From contig CANQXM010000002.1 of the NCBI GenBank assembly GCA_947627835.1, positions 1 through 38,123 on the forward strand: a stretch of 38,123 bases of DNA. The letters are read 5' to 3'. The notes below the pieces were generated by a model. That model ran no database searches, was not told the origin of the DNA, and saw nothing but the letters and a program-made list of their open reading frames with translations. Made by a program: the position numbers and the translations under genes. Positions 32,732 to 38,123 of the stretch are shown here, one piece after another (positions within the stretch are counted from its first letter, which is position 1; every line of letters starts with the position of its first letter). The stretch is from an uncultured Bacilli bacterium. Lineage in GTDB: Bacteria; Bacillota_I; Bacilli_A; RF39; UBA660.

Positions 32732-33673
32732 CTACTTTCTTAGATAACTATATAAATTTGGACTTAATGTAAAAATCATATGTTTTATTTTGACTTTTAA
32801 AGGTAATTTGATGGTTATCTTTCTTTGATAATTTTTAAATTTATTGATTAACTCCTGTTTTTGATTTTCATCTAAAATTTTTTTTAATATTTTATAGCAG
32901 TGAGTAATGGAATCCATCGTTTTTACCATAGCTTGTTGATAATGGGTTTCATCCTTTTTCTTATGAAACTCTTCTACCCAATGTTCAAAAGCGGTAATCT
33001 CATCTAATCTATTGATATTGATTGTAGACATAATACTATTTTCATGAATCATGCGATTATATAAAGGCAGATTTAGATATGAAAATTTTTGACATTTTGA
33101 TAGCAGGTCATAAATTATATAAGTATCTTCATTGATGGTATTGACTGGATAGTGGCAGGTTTTTATTATTTCTGATTTATATAATTTGTTAATTGGATTT
33201 CCTAGTCTTCTTTCACTAAATAGATAATCAAACATTTCATTTCCAGATGCAACAAATGATTTTCTTTCTTTCGCAATTAAATGTTTCTCTCCGGTTTTTG
33301 TGTTGTGCTCCATAATGTCACACATTGAAAAATCCGCATTATTTTCAATTAAATTTTGGTAAAGATATTGGCAATAATTTTTATCGTAAAAATCATCACT
33401 ATCACAAAAACACAAATACTTTCCAGTTGCTAAAGATAAGCCAACATTTCTGGTGTATGCAATTCCTTTATTTGTTTGATGATGAATTTTGATTCTTTTA
33501 TCTTTCTTTTGATATTTTTGACATATCTTTAAGGAATCATCTGATGATCCATCATCAATTAATAAGATTTCTAAATTTTGATATGTTTGGTTTAAAATGC
33601 TTGTAATACATTTATCTAAATATTTTTCACGATTATATATTGTAACAATTACACTAATTAAATCTTGTTCCAT
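32732..33673 (-). CDS. Family 2 glycosyltransferase
   Basis: ISVIVTIYNREKYLDKCITSILNQTYQNLEILLIDDGSSDDS and CDSDD. Confidence 0.9.
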   Translation of the reverse strand: MEQDLISVIVTIYNREKYLDKCITSILNQTYQNLEILLIDDGSSDDSLKICQKYQKKDKRIKIHHQTNKGIAYTRNVGLSLATGKYLCFCDSDDFYDKNYCQYLYQNLIENNADFSMCDIMEHNTKTGEKHLIAKERKSFVASGNEMFDYLFSERRLGNPINKLYKSEIIKTCHYPVNTINEDTYIIYDLLSKCQKFSYLNLPLYNRMIHENSIMSTININRLDEITAFEHWVEEFHKKKDETHYQQAMVKTMDSITHCYKILKKILDENQKQELINKFKNYQRKITIKLPLKVKIKHMIFTLSPNLYSYLRK

Positions 33674-33679
33674 TTATGC

Positions 33680-34852
33680 TCACTCCTGTAATACTTCTTC
33701 GTATAATTTCATGATGTTTTTTGCATTATTCTCATCTGAGAAATCCTTCGCACGTTCATGAGCATTATTTTCCATTTGATTTTTTTCTTCTATTGACATA
33801 TTGTATATTTTAATCAGAATATCTGCTAAACTTTGATAGTTTCCATATTCATATATAAAGCCCGAATTGTCTGTTACAATTTCTTTACATGCTCCTTGGT
33901 TTGGAACAATCGTAATTAATTTATTTGTCATGTATTCTACGATAACTCTACCAAAAGCTTCAGATTTTGAGCACATAATTCCTACGTTATATTTATCCAT
34001 AATTTGTTCTACGTCGTTTAAGTAATCATTTAGTCGAACATTTTGAAGATTGTATTTTCTTATTTTTTCTAAAAGTAATGCTTTATAACTAGCGTCTGAT
34101 CCACCATAGAAGTCTAAAGTTATTTTTTCTCTTATATTTTGTGGTACTAAATTTAATGCTTCGATAATTTCTAATTGTCCTTTATTTTTTCTAATTGCTC
34201 CTAAAAACAAAATATTTAGTTTATCTGTATTTTTTAATTTTGCCTTTGGATTTTGTTTTACTCCGTTATAAATCATTTTCATTTTACTTTCATCAAGTCC
34301 TCGATTTATGAAATGCGATTTTATAACATTTGAAATTGCAATAAAATAATTGGTATGTTGATTCAAATATTCAATATAATTCTTTTTAAAATAAAAACAA
34401 TTGAAATCAATATCTCCAAACTCTCGCAAATGCATAATGTGGGGAATATGATATTTTTGGCTTAACATAGCACCAAAGTCGTCTCTATTTATATTTGTAT
34501 GAATTAATGCAATTTCTTTCATATTTATTTTTTTGTCTATTTTATATAAGGCTATTTTATTACATAAAATGTAACGAATTTTTAAAGCAGGAAATAATAC
34601 TTTTTTCATAATTTTTTTTAATTTGGTTGATCCTCGTCCGGTTGCAAAGGGCTTATAGTTTACCTTTAGATATTTTATATTATTTTTATCACACATTTGT
34701 GTTAAATATCCTTCTTTATTTACTAAGATAATTGGATCATATTGGTTTTTTATATTGCTAACTAAATAAAAAAGAGACTTCGTTGCTCCACCGCTTTGGA
34801 TTTCATTTGCAATAAACAAAATTTTTGCTTTTTTCATCTTATTCACCTTCAT
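33680..34852 (-). CDS. Family 4 (GT-B, Glycos_transf_1) glycosyltransferase
   Basis: EX7E motif SEAFGRVIVEYM and N-terminal IQSGGATKS. The ATG at 34837 (MKKAKILFIAN) has the better RBS (AAGGTGA) and may be the true start. Confidence 0.85.
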   Translation of the reverse strand: MKVNKMKKAKILFIANEIQSGGATKSLFYLVSNIKNQYDPIILVNKEGYLTQMCDKNNIKYLKVNYKPFATGRGSTKLKKIMKKVLFPALKIRYILCNKIALYKIDKKINMKEIALIHTNINRDDFGAMLSQKYHIPHIMHLREFGDIDFNCFYFKKNYIEYLNQHTNYFIAISNVIKSHFINRGLDESKMKMIYNGVKQNPKAKLKNTDKLNILFLGAIRKNKGQLEIIEALNLVPQNIREKITLDFYGGSDASYKALLLEKIRKYNLQNVRLNDYLNDVEQIMDKYNVGIMCSKSEAFGRVIVEYMTNKLITIVPNQGACKEIVTDNSGFIYEYGNYQSLADILIKIYNMSIEEKNQMENNAHERAKDFSDENNAKNIMKLYEEVLQE

Positions 34853-36705
34853 TGTTTTACATTAAATTTTGATTTAATATATATTTTTTTTAAAAGTTTG
34901 TAATAGGGAAATTTTATTTTAAATAATCTTTTTATGAATCCAGCTTTCCAACCACATATTCCAAAATCATGATATAATTTTTTAGGATGAAAAACATATT
35001 TGTATAAAGGATCTGGCTTAGCAAAATATTGCTCTTTACCATCCAAAAAATGAATATTTCCAAATAGTTTTATATCCGTTAAATTGGGCATAATTCCTAA
35101 TTTTTTAATGCCATAAAATGCAGTATCAGCATTAATGGAAAGATTTATATGAAAATTTTTAATAAAATCGAGAGCACCTTGTTGCATACTTAAAAACTTT
35201 TGAGAAACATCACTAGAATATTCATAAGTAGCTAAAATGGGAGTATTATCTTTGTATTTTATCGTAGTTCCATGATTTGCTAAGAAGAAACTTTCAAATA
35301 AATTGATAAACATTTGAACATTTATAAAATTTTGATTTTGATAATCAAATAAATATGCTTTTTGCTTTTGGCCTCTGTCTACATATTTTTTTGCTTCTGG
35401 GCTTTGGCATATATAATAGCCGATTATATTTGTTTTTTTCATAAGTGTTTGCAAAGCATTTTGCATTGTTCCGGCCCATCCAATATCAGAAATTGCCAAT
35501 TTCCCATGAAAATCTTGACTCTCTAAATAAGATATTAAGTTTTTTTCCTCTTTTTTTGCATTATCAATAATATCCATTTTGATTTCATCAAACAAATTTT
35601 GGAGGTTATTCGCTTCTTTTATATTTGTATCTTTTTGTACATTATATTTTTTTAAAAGTTTTATATAATCATTCACATCTAAACCAACGTTCATAAAGAA
35701 ACTATCTAAATCAACAATTTTCCGCATTTTACAAACATCAAAAACATCGGATATGGTCTGGATATTTTTAAGTAGACTAACTCTTGTACTTCTCCTTGAT
35801 ACATATAAATATTTTGATTCAATATCTGTATCATTAATTAAATCAAATGCTTTTTTTAACAAAGCACCTTCTCGAGATAAAAAATACACTTTTTTGATGT
35901 TTTCTTTTTTTAGTTCCGTCTTTAGCCATTTTGAATACCCAAGCAATAAAATGCCTAATATTTCATATCCAATTTGGTAGTATATGTCTCTAGATGGTAA
36001 ATTATTATTCATAAAATTTTTAATAATATTGTCTTCTAAACATTCATATTTAAAGTCATTATAATATCTTAATCGATTAATCTTTTTGGGAATAAGAATT
36101 GATTGAATACCATATCTTTTGGGATTGATATAATCAGCTCTTTTAGAATCACCAATATGAAGTAAATTACTCGGTTTTATTTTTAATTGTTCTAATATAT
36201 ATGGATAGATTTTTCCATGATGTTTATTTAACTTTAGGTCATTTGAAAGAAATAAATAATCATAGTCAATTTTTGCATTTTTTAATATTTTTTTAATGGT
36301 TTCTTTTTCAAGGTACATATCCGAAGTAATAATTATTTTTTTATTTTTTTCTTTGGCATATTGGTAAATTGAATAAAAATTAATATTTTGCTGGCATAAT
36401 TCAAGTTCACTATGAATTTCCAATTTTTTTAACTCTTCTTTATTAGATAAATTTAAAAAACTATAAATATCATTTATATCTGGTTCTCTGTGAATAGATG
36501 CATCTCTTGCTTGTTGTTCTGCTTTTATTCTAAGCTCTTTAAAACTTTTTAATTGAACGTGATTTTTATGATTATATTTCTGCTCTACAAAATCAAACAA
36601 ATCAGTAGGCTTTTCAAGATTCCTTTTTACAAGCGTGTCAAAAATATCAAAAGAAATATATTCACAATGATCTATTTTCTTTTTTATTTTCTTTTCATTA
36701 TACAT
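34849..36705 (-). CDS. Large HAD-superfamily domain protein of unknown role in polysaccharide synthesis
   Basis: HAD motif I ISFDIFDTLVKRN and motif IV-like HIGDSKRADY, followed by about 400 aa with no recognised domain. Start set to the ATG at 36705 behind a GGTAGGTGAA RBS. Confidence 0.7.
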   Translation of the reverse strand: MYNEKKIKKKIDHCEYISFDIFDTLVKRNLEKPTDLFDFVEQKYNHKNHVQLKSFKELRIKAEQQARDASIHREPDINDIYSFLNLSNKEELKKLEIHSELELCQQNINFYSIYQYAKEKNKKIIITSDMYLEKETIKKILKNAKIDYDYLFLSNDLKLNKHHGKIYPYILEQLKIKPSNLLHIGDSKRADYINPKRYGIQSILIPKKINRLRYYNDFKYECLEDNIIKNFMNNNLPSRDIYYQIGYEILGILLLGYSKWLKTELKKENIKKVYFLSREGALLKKAFDLINDTDIESKYLYVSRRSTRVSLLKNIQTISDVFDVCKMRKIVDLDSFFMNVGLDVNDYIKLLKKYNVQKDTNIKEANNLQNLFDEIKMDIIDNAKKEEKNLISYLESQDFHGKLAISDIGWAGTMQNALQTLMKKTNIIGYYICQSPEAKKYVDRGQKQKAYLFDYQNQNFINVQMFINLFESFFLANHGTTIKYKDNTPILATYEYSSDVSQKFLSMQQGALDFIKNFHINLSINADTAFYGIKKLGIMPNLTDIKLFGNIHFLDGKEQYFAKPDPLYKYVFHPKKLYHDFGICGWKAGFIKRLFKIKFPYYKLLKKIYIKSKFNVKQ

Positions 36706-36722
36706 ACATTCACCTACCAATC

Positions 36723-36941
36723 TTACCAAAAAAGTTTTTCTAATATTTCGTCATCAAACAAGTTATATCCTCCATATTTTTCACTATAATCTTCCAGTTT
36801 TTTGAGCGTATTATCAAAAGTTCCAATGACCTTTGCTGGAACTCCAACAGCCACTGAATTATCTGGAATATCTTTGGTCGCAATACTTCCTGCTCCAATA
36901 ATGCAATTGTTTTCGAAAATTTTTTTTATAATATACTTTTC
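36723..36941 (-). pseudogene. 5'-truncated remnant of a hexapeptide-repeat (LbH) O-acetyltransferase
   Basis: A 72-codon open frame with no usable start translates to EKYIIKKIFENNCIIGAGSIATKDIPDNSVAVGVPAKVIGTFDNTLKKLEDYSEKYGGYNLFDDEILEKLFW. GAGS..TKDIPDNSVAVGVPAKVI is the canonical C-terminal end of LbH acetyltransferases. The remnant starts two codons after the GT2 stop, in the same frame. Confidence 0.6.
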
Positions 36942-36947
36942 CTATAT

Positions 36948-38021
36948 CTAACTACCATGTACTTCTTTTTCTTTTAATTTAATAAATACTTTTTGAAAAT
37001 GTTTTCTGACAAAATTAATAATTTTGCCAAACCATAAGCTAAGTGTTACGTTATGCATTCTCATTGGGATTACAAGTATTTTAAATTTGGCAGATAAAGA
37101 CTTAGCCTTTACTAAGGCTTCATTCGTATATTTGTGATTTAAAATATATTTTACTTTTTCTTTTTTTTCTTTTCTCGTTAAATTTTTATTGTCTGCTAGT
37201 TCTTGGATACATTGAAATACTCTGCCAACAAAATATGTATCAATGGCATCTCGGCTTTTTTCATCATCAAGTAAATTCCAATGTTCATATAATTTTAAAA
37301 CATGTTCATAATGCTCAATTCTTTTTTCAAACATTTTAGGATCACTATAGTTAATCATTGTTTCTGCACCTTTTCTAGAGCGATACCAATGATATTTTGT
37401 TATAGAGGAGATAACAACTTTTTTAATATTCATTAAATAATCCATATTAAAATGGTGATCATCCCATTTTGTTTTTGGAAATCTTATATTTTCTTCCATG
37501 ATAATTTTTTTAGTATATAGTTTATTCCAAGGTAAGCTTAATAAACTATTGTTTAGATACTTATAAGCATTTTTTCTAAAATCATTTTGATTATGATAAA
37601 TCATATCCTCACATTTGGTGCTATAAGTTACCATTTTTCCATTTTGATAGTATTCCATTAAAAAGCCAGTTACAACTAAATCAGCATCATTATCCTTTGC
37701 CATGTTATACATACTTTCTAAGTAATCATTTTCTATCCAATCATCTGAATCAATAAAATATAAATATTCTCCTTTTGCTTTTTCAATGGCAACATTTCTT
37801 GCTTCAGGTGCTCCGCCATTTTCTTTATGAATTACTTTAACTCTTTTATCCTTTTTGGCATATTCATCACAGATTCTTCCACAATTATCTGGAGAGCCAT
37901 CATCTACAACATACAGTTCTAATTCTTTCAATGTTTGATTTAAAACACTTTCTATGGCCTTTCCTAAAAATTCTTCCACGTTATATACCGGCATTATTAC
38001 CGATACTTTGACATTTTTCAC
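36948..38021 (-). CDS. Family 2 glycosyltransferase (GTG start)
   Basis: VSVIMPVYNVEEFLGKAIESVLNQTLKELELYVVDDGSPDN and IDSDD. GTG start at 38021, 8 nt after a GAGGAG RBS. Confidence 0.9.
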   Translation of the reverse strand: MKNVKVSVIMPVYNVEEFLGKAIESVLNQTLKELELYVVDDGSPDNCGRICDEYAKKDKRVKVIHKENGGAPEARNVAIEKAKGEYLYFIDSDDWIENDYLESMYNMAKDNDADLVVTGFLMEYYQNGKMVTYSTKCEDMIYHNQNDFRKNAYKYLNNSLLSLPWNKLYTKKIIMEENIRFPKTKWDDHHFNMDYLMNIKKVVISSITKYHWYRSRKGAETMINYSDPKMFEKRIEHYEHVLKLYEHWNLLDDEKSRDAIDTYFVGRVFQCIQELADNKNLTRKEKKEKVKYILNHKYTNEALVKAKSLSAKFKILVIPMRMHNVTLSLWFGKIINFVRKHFQKVFIKLKEKEVHGS

Positions 38022-38123
38022 ATTATTTACTCCTCACGTTTTTTGCTAAAAATTAACGTAGAACTTCCAATTTCACGAACAAAATGATTTTTCTAAATTG
38101 CAGTGTATTTTCCAATAGTAAAC

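Overview
This is a 38.1-kb, very AT-rich, gene-dense segment that looks like a Bacillota (Firmicutes) chromosome. My hand counts of single 60-nt lines give about 23-32% G+C for most genes. I support 32 protein-coding genes (27 on the minus strand, 5 on the plus strand) and one gene remnant. I recognised no rRNA, tRNA, CRISPR array, transposase, integrase or phage structural gene.

Layout:
- **0.3-9.3 kb, mixed accessory genes:** two membrane-anchored XRE-HTH regulators, an AAA/DUF4143-type ATPase, a DUF1287-like protein, a CDA-fold deaminase, an Isf-like flavoprotein, a Fic protein and a lone GT2 glycosyltransferase.
- **9.4-14 kb:** a 1281-aa MMPL/RND-type transporter whose extracytoplasmic loop consists of about 8 degenerate 80-aa repeats. 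A TetR regulator is transcribed divergently, and a perfect 22-bp palindrome lies in the shared promoter region.
- **14.1-16.8 kb:** a csoR-copZ-copA copper-efflux operon.
- **16.9-25.2 kb, defence-island-like block:** a solo HipA-like kinase; an unrecognisable 314-aa gene with clearly higher G+C and its own promoter and terminator; two divergent copies of an ABC-type ATPase translationally coupled to a small RloB/Toprim-like protein (the AbiL/PARIS architectural class); and a 582-aa secreted protein sandwiched between the two copies.
- **25.2-38.0 kb:** a Wzx/Wzy-type polysaccharide locus on the minus strand. It holds 2 GT2, 1 GT4, a pyruvyl transferase, an FrhB-like Fe-S protein, a CapA-like metallophosphatase, a PP-loop-like unknown, a large HAD-like protein and a truncated acetyltransferase remnant.

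The best candidate for something undescribed is the 18.3-21.4 kb stretch, which holds the orphan 314-aa gene and ATPase/small-partner module A. In module A the first Toprim acidic residue of the partner is replaced by His. It should be read together with the paralogous module B at 23.2-25.1 kb. All functional calls rest on motifs read by eye; no database search was possible.
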